32,000 bases of DNA from Anabaena sp. UHCC 0187 (GTDB lineage: Bacteria; Cyanobacteriota; Cyanobacteriia; Cyanobacteriales; Nostocaceae), in the NCBI RefSeq assembly GCF_009712035.1, contig NZ_VILB01000006.1:114519-146518 (forward strand), given 5' to 3'. Below the pieces are notes generated by a model. It was not told where the DNA came from. It saw only the letters and a list, made by a program, of their open reading frames with translations, and made no database searches. This document shows positions 16,059-23,589 of the stretch, one piece after another. The position numbers were made by a program, and so were the translations under genes. Each line of letters begins with the position of its first letter. The first letter of the stretch is position 1.

Positions 16059-18131
16059 TTAATTTCGTTCCACTTCAACAATTTCAGTATATTCAAAACC
16101 ATTCAAACTCTGTCGAACCAAAGCATATCTTTCCCTCCCCAACTCAATAAAATCCTGTTCACAATTAGGCTTAGAAGAATAATAAACCAAAACATATTCC
16201 TTCCCAACCTTATCAGCAATTTCCTCCTCAACCTCAACCCTCCACTGAGTCTTAGTCACCAACACAACCAACTGATTTGCTAACTTAGGAATAGTTCGCG
16301 CAATGTGACGACGAGAATTAACATCTAAACTCCCAAAAGGAGAATCCATAACAATCGGAAAAGTGCTACTTTCAGGAAGCATGATCATTTTCCGCTTCTC
16401 ACTCCAGTCGCGTACCTTATCAATAATACTAGCGATAAAAGATAAACTGAGAATTTGATTTTCTCCCGTAGAAGCTGCGACTGGTGCTTCAATTCCCGTC
16501 GTATTTTCCACCAAACTTAATTCATACTTTTCGCTAATTTTGGGAATGTATGGAGTAAAAGAGATATCCGAGAAAATTTCCTGTACCCGCTGTTCCAATT
16601 GCAGACGAAATTGATTTTCTTGACGGTTTTTAACTTCCGATAATCTATCAATTGCATCTTGAGTAGCATTAATGCGACGCTGTGCTAAAGATTGTTTTTC
16701 CTCATTTTGTTTTTGCTTAGAAATTTGTTTTATCAAAGCATCAATAGCTGTTTTCAGATGAGAAACTTCCTGTTGATTTGCACCTTGTTCTCGATTTAAG
16801 TCATCAATTTTGGCTTCAATTTCATCCAGACGTTTTTGTAAACTACTAATTTCCTCATTGGGATCTTTTCGGAGTTGTTCTTGAATAGTTGCTAACTCCA
16901 ATTCAACTTGATTGAGATTTTCTCTTAACTGTTGAATTCGTGCTTGTTCTCTGTCTGCTTCCTCCCAAAAAGCAACTGCTTGTTTATCAATTTCATCAAC
17001 TTGTGCGCTCATTCTAATTGCGGTTTCTTCCACAGTCGAAGAACCGGATTTTCTCATCAAATTCTTCACATGAAAATGAGTATGAGTTCCTTCCCTCAAA
17101 TCTGCACCACAAATACAACGTCCACTATTGAGTAAATCATTGACAAATTCCCGCGAAATTCCCGCAGTTAATTCACCTTTTTGTTTTAAATCTGTGAAGA
17201 TTTCCCGAAACTTAGCGGTAGTTTCCGACAATAGAACAGTATAACCCCGTGCGGAAATAGCCTTTTTCAAATTCTCCCGTGTTTTCTTCAACTCTTCCCG
17301 TAAACTATCTTTTTGCGATTCTAAACTTTGCTTTCTTTCCTGTAATTCCTTAACAGCACTCAATTCTCGTAACTTGTTACTAACTTCCTTTTTAAAAGTT
17401 TGCTGATATTCCAACTCTTGATTTATTTCTGTTTGACGTTTATTGATATTATCAATTTCCAGTTCTTGTTTTTCTTGCTGAGTCAATAACTGTTTAGTTT
17501 CCGCGTCACCAATATGTTTCAACTCAGTTTCTAAACTCTTTTTAGCATCTTTCAAGTGTTTAATCGAAAGTTCAATAACTTCCACACCCAAAAAAGTTCT
17601 AATTGCTTCAGAAATTTCCGCTTTATTATCAGAACGGACAATTTCTTCAATCCGTTCACCGTCAAAGAAAAAATATTGATGTAAACTTGCTGGTAAAATC
17701 TGAGTAATAATTTCCTCAGCTTGTTGAAGAGGAAAATACCATTTTCCATCATCTCCAGCAACTTGAATTTTCAACTGAGTTTTCCCAGCTTCAATCACAT
17801 CACTTTCATTTTTATAAACCCGACAACCACGAGTAGCACGATAACGATTACCTTCATGTTCCCAACCAACTTCCACCCAACATTCCACAGGTTGACTAGG
17901 TTGAGATTCTGCAATTGCGCGTTTATTTACTAACTGTTCAGTTGACGCAAAAGCCGCACTAAATTTTTCATATAAAACCCAAGTAAACGCATTCAAAATA
18001 CTAGTTTTACCTGCACCATTACTACCATAAATCATAGTAGTATTGCGAACATCTCCACCAGCCAAAGTTATTTCTGGTGTCTTCCCATAAAAAGAACGAA
18101 AATTACATAATTTAATAGAAGTTAGCTTCAT
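16059..18131 (-). CDS. SMC-like AAA ATPase, paralogue of DndD (690 aa)
   Basis: Walker A GSNGAGKTS (18000-18026), FFFDGERIEE, about 350 aa of coiled coil, signature STGENQILSL and Walker B/D-loop PIVMDSPFGSLD. Each motif parallels the DndD gene at 8468-10456. Confidence 0.8.
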   Translation of the reverse strand: MKLTSIKLCNFRSFYGKTPEITLAGGDVRNTTMIYGSNGAGKTSILNAFTWVLYEKFSAAFASTEQLVNKRAIAESQPSQPVECWVEVGWEHEGNRYRATRGCRVYKNESDVIEAGKTQLKIQVAGDDGKWYFPLQQAEEIITQILPASLHQYFFFDGERIEEIVRSDNKAEISEAIRTFLGVEVIELSIKHLKDAKKSLETELKHIGDAETKQLLTQQEKQELEIDNINKRQTEINQELEYQQTFKKEVSNKLRELSAVKELQERKQSLESQKDSLREELKKTRENLKKAISARGYTVLLSETTAKFREIFTDLKQKGELTAGISREFVNDLLNSGRCICGADLREGTHTHFHVKNLMRKSGSSTVEETAIRMSAQVDEIDKQAVAFWEEADREQARIQQLRENLNQVELELATIQEQLRKDPNEEISSLQKRLDEIEAKIDDLNREQGANQQEVSHLKTAIDALIKQISKQKQNEEKQSLAQRRINATQDAIDRLSEVKNRQENQFRLQLEQRVQEIFSDISFTPYIPKISEKYELSLVENTTGIEAPVAASTGENQILSLSFIASIIDKVRDWSEKRKMIMLPESSTFPIVMDSPFGSLDVNSRRHIARTIPKLANQLVVLVTKTQWRVEVEEEIADKVGKEYVLVYYSSKPNCEQDFIELGRERYALVRQSLNGFEYTEIVEVERN

Positions 18132-19754
18132 AAAAATACCTGGTATGTGGGAAAATCAGCGGCTTTCGCTCTGAAAGGGATGGTTCTACATGGCTCACCA
18201 GCCGCGACACGGGCGGTTTTAACCGAATTTAACTTTTTAACTTGAGTAACCATACCCATCTTTTTTGTGGATAGTTTTACAAGTTTTATAACTAATTCCT
18301 TGAACTAATCCATTTCTAGTTGAAATATTGAAACTTCCTGTCGTGCGAGTAGCAATTCTTCCAATATATTCGCCAACTTTTTTACCAGTTTTGACAACTG
18401 ATTTAACGATGTCTCCTGTTTGAAAACCAAAATGAAATTTAGTTCTAGAACAGTGACGATTTGGGAATCCGTATTTGTCTGTACGGCAAGATTGTCTAGT
18501 GCCGTGACCGTTAGCTGTAATTAGCAATGGCTTAACACCTTTGATATTGAGAATTGGAGTTAATTGACCAACACAAGCCGCATCAATCCAGTGAGTTTTC
18601 GCTAGTTTCTGTTGACTACGATTGAATTTAGTTAAACCTCCTGAACCCGTTTCTACAGGTAATCCAGTCGCTTTCAAAACTTCTAGTAATACAAAACGAG
18701 TTGTGTTTACTGCGGCTGCATCAGCCAGTGGTCTTTTAGCTTGTTTCAATATTTTTTCCAATTTTGATGGGTCTTTTTTGAGGAAATCTTTAATATCTTT
18801 CGTTCCTTTTTTTGTGTTACATTTTTCACAACTTAAAGCGAGGTTTGTAATTGAATTACTACCACCCTTGGCTTGTGGATGAATATGCTCTACTTGAAAA
18901 GGAACGTCTTTCACTCCACAGTAGGCACATTGCCTATCCCACTTTTCTAGTAAGTATTCTCTGGTTTCATAACCAGCTAAAGTTCCTTGTTGATATTCCC
19001 TACCTTGAATATCAGGATTAGCCATTAACTGCATATCAAAACGTACAAGTTCCTGACTGATAGCAACAACATGGGCAATTTTACTCAGCTTCTTAACCCA
19101 AGTTTTTATATTCTCAATCCGACTTTGCAGGCTTGGTGCTAACCAGCCTAAAGGGCGTGTTCTATTCAAAAATCTTGGTTTTCTGTAACGAGTAATTCTT
19201 GCCCGTCTAAAACGTCTTAATTGTCTTCTAGAAGTTAAAGCATCTCGAATTGCAAAACCTCTATGTTTTAATTCAGCAGCAAATACAACCTCACCACTAG
19301 CATCGTTAATTAATGCTATTCCTGTATGCTTTGCTCCGGGGTCAATCTTTAATCTTAGAGGTAATACGGTTTTAGAACATAATTCTTTCAGAATTAAAGT
19401 AAAAGGAAAACTTCTAAAAACTGCTGCTTTACCATTTCTTAATAGTTGTCTAGCTTGTGCTGAATGAATTGGATTTAATGGTCGTTTATCGGTATCAATT
19501 ACAAATACTTTGGACATAAAGTCCCTCCTTTCGGGTAATGTTAGCTTCGTCAATGTTTTAAGAGCTTTTTAGATTTGCAACACTGTTTCAGTGACTTTAA
19601 AACTGTTTAATTGCAAATGACAGAGCAGGGAACTAGCTACGCATTCCAGGGTGTCGTGACTCAAAAAACGTAGTCAGTGAAGACTTAGACTGGTCAATAC
19701 AGCTTGTTTCGATTTCTCTTACAAGCTCAGTCTCTTTAGGGCTGAGTTACTGAC
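18132..19754 (-). mobile_element. IscB-encoding IS200/IS605-like element with no tnpA (non-autonomous), 1623 bp
   Basis: Both ends are homologous to the mini-copy at 31550-31995, and homology stops at 18132 and 19754. Subterminal hairpins lie at 18214-18225 and 19726-19746. Removing 18132-19754 restores an ATGA stop/start overlap between the flanking genes. Confidence 0.8.
18237..19517 (-). CDS. iscB: IscB RNA-guided endonuclease (PLMP-like N-terminus, split RuvC with inserted HNH)
   Basis: MSKVFVIDTDKRPLNPIHSAQARQLLRNGKAAVFR is the PLMP-type domain. Catalytic motifs are IDPGAKHTGIAL (RuvC-I), AISQELVRFD (RuvC-II), CAYCG...VEHIHPQAKGGSNSITNLALSCEKCNTKKG (HNH) and THWIDAACVG (RuvC-III). The start is set at ATG 19517, preceded by AAGGAGGG at 19523-19530. 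Confidence 0.9.
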   Translation of the reverse strand: MSKVFVIDTDKRPLNPIHSAQARQLLRNGKAAVFRSFPFTLILKELCSKTVLPLRLKIDPGAKHTGIALINDASGEVVFAAELKHRGFAIRDALTSRRQLRRFRRARITRYRKPRFLNRTRPLGWLAPSLQSRIENIKTWVKKLSKIAHVVAISQELVRFDMQLMANPDIQGREYQQGTLAGYETREYLLEKWDRQCAYCGVKDVPFQVEHIHPQAKGGSNSITNLALSCEKCNTKKGTKDIKDFLKKDPSKLEKILKQAKRPLADAAAVNTTRFVLLEVLKATGLPVETGSGGLTKFNRSQQKLAKTHWIDAACVGQLTPILNIKGVKPLLITANGHGTRQSCRTDKYGFPNRHCSRTKFHFGFQTGDIVKSVVKTGKKVGEYIGRIATRTTGSFNISTRNGLVQGISYKTCKTIHKKDGYGYSS

Positions 19755-19770
19755 TGCACCGCTTCCTTCA
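19518..19770 (-). ncRNA. Putative IscB omega-RNA (scaffold 19518-19754 plus about 16 nt guide from flank 19755-19770)
   Basis: It sits immediately 5' of iscB on the same strand, as known for IscB loci. A core of about 100 nt is nearly identical to the second copy (31809-31896). Compensatory substitutions in the stems at 19701-19707/19721-19727 and 19726-19730/19742-19746 indicate conserved RNA structure. Confidence 0.65.
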
Positions 19771-19924
19771 CAATAGTGAGAATATCATCATTAATATGAC
19801 CCTTACTCTTTCTATCTAACCTGCTTTTCTCCAATCTCCATACCTTCTCAATAATTTGCTTTACCTCCGGTGGTGCGCTGGTAATTGGTTCTTGAACGTC
19901 CTCAATATTTGGTTCTGGTATCAT
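19736..19924 (-). CDS. Small protein (62 aa as read; 57 aa native plus 5 IS-encoded residues), first gene of the ATPase operon
   Basis: MIPEPNIEDVQEPITSAPPEVKQIIEKVWRLEKSRLDRKSKGHINDDILTIVKEAVQ, followed by SVTQP* read from the IscB element end. It may belong to the 'DNA modification system-associated small protein' family (from memory only). Confidence 0.55.
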   Translation of the reverse strand: MIPEPNIEDVQEPITSAPPEVKQIIEKVWRLEKSRLDRKSKGHINDDILTIVKEAVQSVTQP

Positions 19925-20007
19925 TTCAATACTGCAATAGATTTATTTTCTATTTTAACCAGTTCTGATACTATAGATATAACCCACGCAAAAATTCTCT
20001 AAAACCC

Positions 20008-20045
20008 TTCTTCCTTCGCTTCCTTCGTCCCTTCGTGGTTCATTT
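20008..20045. repeat. Dispersed short repeat unit (CGAAGGA-type triplet, inverted orientation)
   Basis: cttcttccttcgcttccttcgtcccttcgtggttcattt is the reverse complement of 10618-10664. Confidence 0.7.
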
Positions 20046-20315
20046 CTCCTAATTCCTATCTAAATACTAGTATAAATTTATATTTAAGTAAAAAAATTTC
20101 TTTTTTTAGGGTTCTGGGGATTGACTTGCGCCGCCAGGCGTGATATCCTGATAATGGGAATGTGTGCCTCTATAAAAATTTTATCCACACTCCATTATAT
20201 TAATATAGCACATCGCCGGCGATGTTGCCAACCAACTTCCGAAAAAAAAATTTCGCGCCAAACGTAAAACTGGGAAATTGTGTAGAATTGCTAGGTGTAA
20301 CGTTCAAGCTAGATA

Positions 20316-22310
20316 ATGGATTTTAATCTGCAAGCACCTTTTGTCCCCACCGGTGATCAACCACAAGCGATCGCACAACTTTCTGCTAGTATTCAAACAG
20401 GAAATCATTATCAAACATTACTGGGTGCGACAGGAACCGGTAAGACATTCTCCATAGCCGCAGTCATTGAAAAAGTCGGTAGACCTACCCTAGTATTAGC
20501 CCATAATAAGACATTAGCCGCCCAGTTGTGTAACGAACTGCGGGAGTTTTTTCCTAATAATGCAGTTGAGTATTTTGTCAGTTATTACGATTACTATCAA
20601 CCCGAAGCATATCTACCTGTTACTGATACTTATATAGAAAAAACATCAGCGATTAATGAAGAAATAGATATGTTACGACATTCGGCCACCCGTTCCTTAT
20701 TTGAACGCAAAGATGTGATTGTTGTCGCCTCAATTAGTTGTATTTATGGTTTAGGAATGCCGGCGGAATACCTGAAAGCCGCAATTCGGTTACAATTGGG
20801 AATGGAAATTGATCCGCGTCAAGTTTTACGGGATTTAACAGCAGTTCAATATACCCGCAATGACATCGAAATGGGGAGAGGAAAATTTCGAGTTCGGGGT
20901 GATGTTTTAGAAATTTCTCCTGCTTACGAAGATAGAATTATTAGAGTGGAATTCTTTGGAGATGAAATTGACGCAATTAGATATGTAGATCCTGTGAGTG
21001 GGGAAATTCTCCACAGTTTAGAAGCAGTAAATATCTACCCTGCGCGTCACTTTGTTACTCCTAAAGAAAGAGTAGAAATAGCTTGTGAAGATATAGCTAC
21101 AGAATTAAAACACCAACAACTAACATTAGAATCAATGGGTAAATTAGTTGAAGCACAACGCATTGACCAACGTACCCGTTATGATTTGGAAATGTTACGA
21201 GAAGTGGGATATTGTAACGGTGTAGAAAATTATTCTCGTCATTTAGCCGGAAGACAAGCAGGAGAACCACCAGAATGTTTAATTGATTATTTTCCCAAAG
21301 ATTGGTTATTAGTGATAGATGAATCTCATGTTACCGTTCCCCAAATTCGCGGAATGTATAACGGAGATCAAGCGAGAAAAAAAGTATTAATTGATCATGG
21401 TTTTCGGCTTCCCAGTGCGGCGGATAATCGTCCTTTACAAGCCGAGGAATTTTGGCAAAAAGTCAATCAATGTATTTTCGTTTCGGCGACTCCCGGAAAT
21501 TGGGAATTAGAAATTTCGGAAGAGAATATTATTGAACAAGTAATTAGACCGACGGGAGTAATTGACCCGGAAATATTTGTGCGTCCCACGGAAGGACAAA
21601 TTGATGATTTATTAGGAGAAATAAAAGATCGAGTTGACCGTCAAGAAAGAACTTTAGTGACAACATTAACTAAGCGTATGGCGGAAGATTTGACTGAATA
21701 TTTAGCAGAGAGGGGAATTAAAATCAGATATTTGCATTCAGAAATTAATTCTATTCAACGCATTGAAATTTTACAAGATTTGCGAAATGGTGTTTTTGAT
21801 GTGTTAGTCGGTGTGAACTTATTGCGGGAAGGTTTAGATTTACCTGAAGTTTCGTTAGTTGCAATTATGGACGCAGATAAGGAAGGATTTTTGCGAACTG
21901 AACGTTCTTTAATTCAAACTATCGGACGTGCGGCGCGTCATATTAGAGGAAAAGCAATTTTATATGCTGATAAAATGACAGGAAGTATGATTAAAGCTAT
22001 TGATGAAACTGATAGAAGAAGAGGAATTCAAGCGGCTTATAATAAACTACATGGAATTACACCGCAACCGATTATTAAAAAACAGAGTAATTCGATTTTA
22101 TCTTTTTTAGATGCTTCCCGACGCTTAAATGCAACTGATTTAAAAATGGTTGATGAACATTTAGATGAATTATCAGTGGAAGATATTCCAGAGTTAATTA
22201 CAATTTTAGAAAAACAGATGAAGGAAGCAGCGAAGAAGATGGAATTTGAGGAAGCTGGAAAATTGCGCGATCGCATTAAGCATTTGCGAGATAAAATGTT
22301 AGGACGTTAA
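20316..22310 (+). CDS. uvrB: Excinuclease ABC subunit B
   Basis: 664 aa. Motifs are [28 protein letters not shown], helicase motifs and the C-terminal UVR domain [15 protein letters not shown]. Confidence 0.95.
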   Translation: MDFNLQAPFVPTGDQPQAIAQLSASIQTGNHYQTLLGATGTGKTFSIAAVIEKVGRPTLVLAHNKTLAAQLCNELREFFPNNAVEYFVSYYDYYQPEAYLPVTDTYIEKTSAINEEIDMLRHSATRSLFERKDVIVVASISCIYGLGMPAEYLKAAIRLQLGMEIDPRQVLRDLTAVQYTRNDIEMGRGKFRVRGDVLEISPAYEDRIIRVEFFGDEIDAIRYVDPVSGEILHSLEAVNIYPARHFVTPKERVEIACEDIATELKHQQLTLESMGKLVEAQRIDQRTRYDLEMLREVGYCNGVENYSRHLAGRQAGEPPECLIDYFPKDWLLVIDESHVTVPQIRGMYNGDQARKKVLIDHGFRLPSAADNRPLQAEEFWQKVNQCIFVSATPGNWELEISEENIIEQVIRPTGVIDPEIFVRPTEGQIDDLLGEIKDRVDRQERTLVTTLTKRMAEDLTEYLAERGIKIRYLHSEINSIQRIEILQDLRNGVFDVLVGVNLLREGLDLPEVSLVAIMDADKEGFLRTERSLIQTIGRAARHIRGKAILYADKMTGSMIKAIDETDRRRGIQAAYNKLHGITPQPIIKKQSNSILSFLDASRRLNATDLKMVDEHLDELSVEDIPELITILEKQMKEAAKKMEFEEAGKLRDRIKHLRDKMLGR

Positions 22311-22392
22311 AAAGCTGGAAAATTGCGCGTTAGCCTGGCGCTGCGTCAGCGATCTCATTAAGCATTTGCGAGATAAAATGTTGGGTAGTTGA
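22311..22392 (+). repeat. Tandem degenerate duplicate of the last ~60 bp of uvrB, carrying a 22 nt insertion
   Basis: aaagctggaaaattgcgcg[ttagcctggcgctgcgtcagcg]atctcattaagcatttgcgagataaaatgttgggtagttga aligns with 22251-22310. The insertion splits the HIP1 site and breaks the frame. Confidence 0.8.
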
Positions 22393-22407
22393 TGATATTC
22401 TTTTTTT

Positions 22408-22460
22408 AACGAACCGCAGAGGCGCAGAGAACGCAGAGGAAGAGAGGAAGGAGATGTTTA
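22408..22460. repeat. Dispersed short repeat unit (CGCAGAGG-type triplet)
   Basis: aacgaaccgcagaggcgcagagaacgcagaggaagagaggaaggagatgttta closely matches 10488-10541. Confidence 0.75.
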
Positions 22461-22510
22461 CAGTTTATTTAGGATTGCTGTATATTTGCATTACAGTAAT
22501 AGCGTGGTGA

Positions 22511-22924
22511 TTATTCTGTAATTTTACCCCTATTCAACTTAATTTGTCCGCGCTTGTTTTTACTATCAAGACGTTTTCTTTGAGAATTACGACTTGGTTT
22601 CGTTCGTTTACGTTTTCGGGGTAAAACAGAAACACTTTTAATCAGTTCTTGAAGTCGTCTAAAAGCCTCCTCCTTATTCTGTTCTTGACTGCGGTATTCC
22701 TGCGCTTTAATCACCACAACTCCCTCAAGAGTAATGCGGTTATCTTTCAACTTTAAAAGCCGTTCCTTATAGATTTCTGGTAAGGAAGAAGCACCAATAT
22801 CAAAGCGCAAATGAATAGCAGTAGCCACCTTATTAACATTTTGACCACCTGCACCCTGAGAACGAATTGCACTAATTTCAATATCGCTATCAGGAATAAT
22901 TACTGTCTGGTAAATTTCTATCAT
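22511..22924 (-). CDS. arfB: Alternative ribosome-rescue factor ArfB (peptidyl-tRNA hydrolase, GGQ class)
   Basis: 137 aa. The GGQ motif is RSQGAGGQNVNKVATAIHLRFD, and the C-terminal tail is basic (RKRKRTKPSRNSQRKRLDSKNKRG). Confidence 0.85.
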   Translation of the reverse strand: MIEIYQTVIIPDSDIEISAIRSQGAGGQNVNKVATAIHLRFDIGASSLPEIYKERLLKLKDNRITLEGVVVIKAQEYRSQEQNKEEAFRRLQELIKSVSVLPRKRKRTKPSRNSQRKRLDSKNKRGQIKLNRGKITE

Positions 22925-22927
22925 TGC

Positions 22928-23542
22928 TTATATTTTCCATCCCCGTAAATTTTTATGAACCACCGCTAAATACCACATATAATCATCAATTTTGTACTCG
23001 TCAGCAGCCTTGACAATATATTCCCGTGCTAACTCCAAATTATTCTCAGCTTCATAATATAAACCCAAATAAAGATGACTGTAAAACTTCCCCTTCAACC
23101 CTGCCAATTTTCCGACATTTAAAACATCATCTTTTGTGCAATTACCCGCAAATAAATCATAGATAGACAGCATTATTTTCCGAGGATCATTTTTCACAGG
23201 TAAAAGAGAATTCCGGGCTTCTGTCACACCAGAAAACCTCGCCATACAAAGATATCGCCAAACAGTTTCCTCCACATCTTGAGCATTAACAGTCAAATCA
23301 ACTGCAAACTGTTTTGCACCTTCAGAAAATCGTTCAGCATAATAATAAGATAAACCCCGTTGCCACAGATAAGGAGTAATATTAACATCTAACCTTTCAG
23401 CAGTATCAAAATCTTGAATTGAGTCTTCAATTTTCGCCAACTTAAAATAAATCATGCCTCGACGAATATAAGCATGAGGATTATTGGGCTGATTACTAAT
23501 AGTATTATTCCACTGCTGGAGTTGATTTTCTAAAGAATTCAT
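22928..23542 (-). CDS. TPR-like repeat protein (hypothetical)
   Basis: 204 aa with helical-repeat character (AYIRRGMIYFKLAKIEDSIQDFDTAERLD, SHLYLGLYYEAENNLELAREY). It lies 3 nt upstream of arfB. Confidence 0.6.
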   Translation of the reverse strand: MNSLENQLQQWNNTISNQPNNPHAYIRRGMIYFKLAKIEDSIQDFDTAERLDVNITPYLWQRGLSYYYAERFSEGAKQFAVDLTVNAQDVEETVWRYLCMARFSGVTEARNSLLPVKNDPRKIMLSIYDLFAGNCTKDDVLNVGKLAGLKGKFYSHLYLGLYYEAENNLELAREYIVKAADEYKIDDYMWYLAVVHKNLRGWKI

Positions 23543-23589
23543 AAAAAATATATTAGTGATAGGTAATTGGTAATCATCATTTTAATTTT

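Noticed and set aside
19518-19553. Upstream ATG (19553) as the IscB start
   Set aside because: A strong AAGGAGGG Shine-Dalgarno (19523-19530) sits 5 nt before ATG 19517. The PLMP-type domain starts right after that ATG, and the upstream codons lie in the omega-RNA region conserved in the iscB-less mini-copy.
20100-20315. A LexA/SOS box in front of uvrB
   Set aside because: I could not find a sequence resembling the cyanobacterial LexA-box patterns I know. Only the unrelated palindromes are reported, as a low-interest finding.
22251-22392. uvrB 3'-end duplication as attL/attR of an island integrated into uvrB
   Set aside because: The two copies are directly adjacent (22310/22311) with nothing between them. 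No integrase is nearby, and the PT island lies upstream of the uvrB promoter, not inside the duplication.
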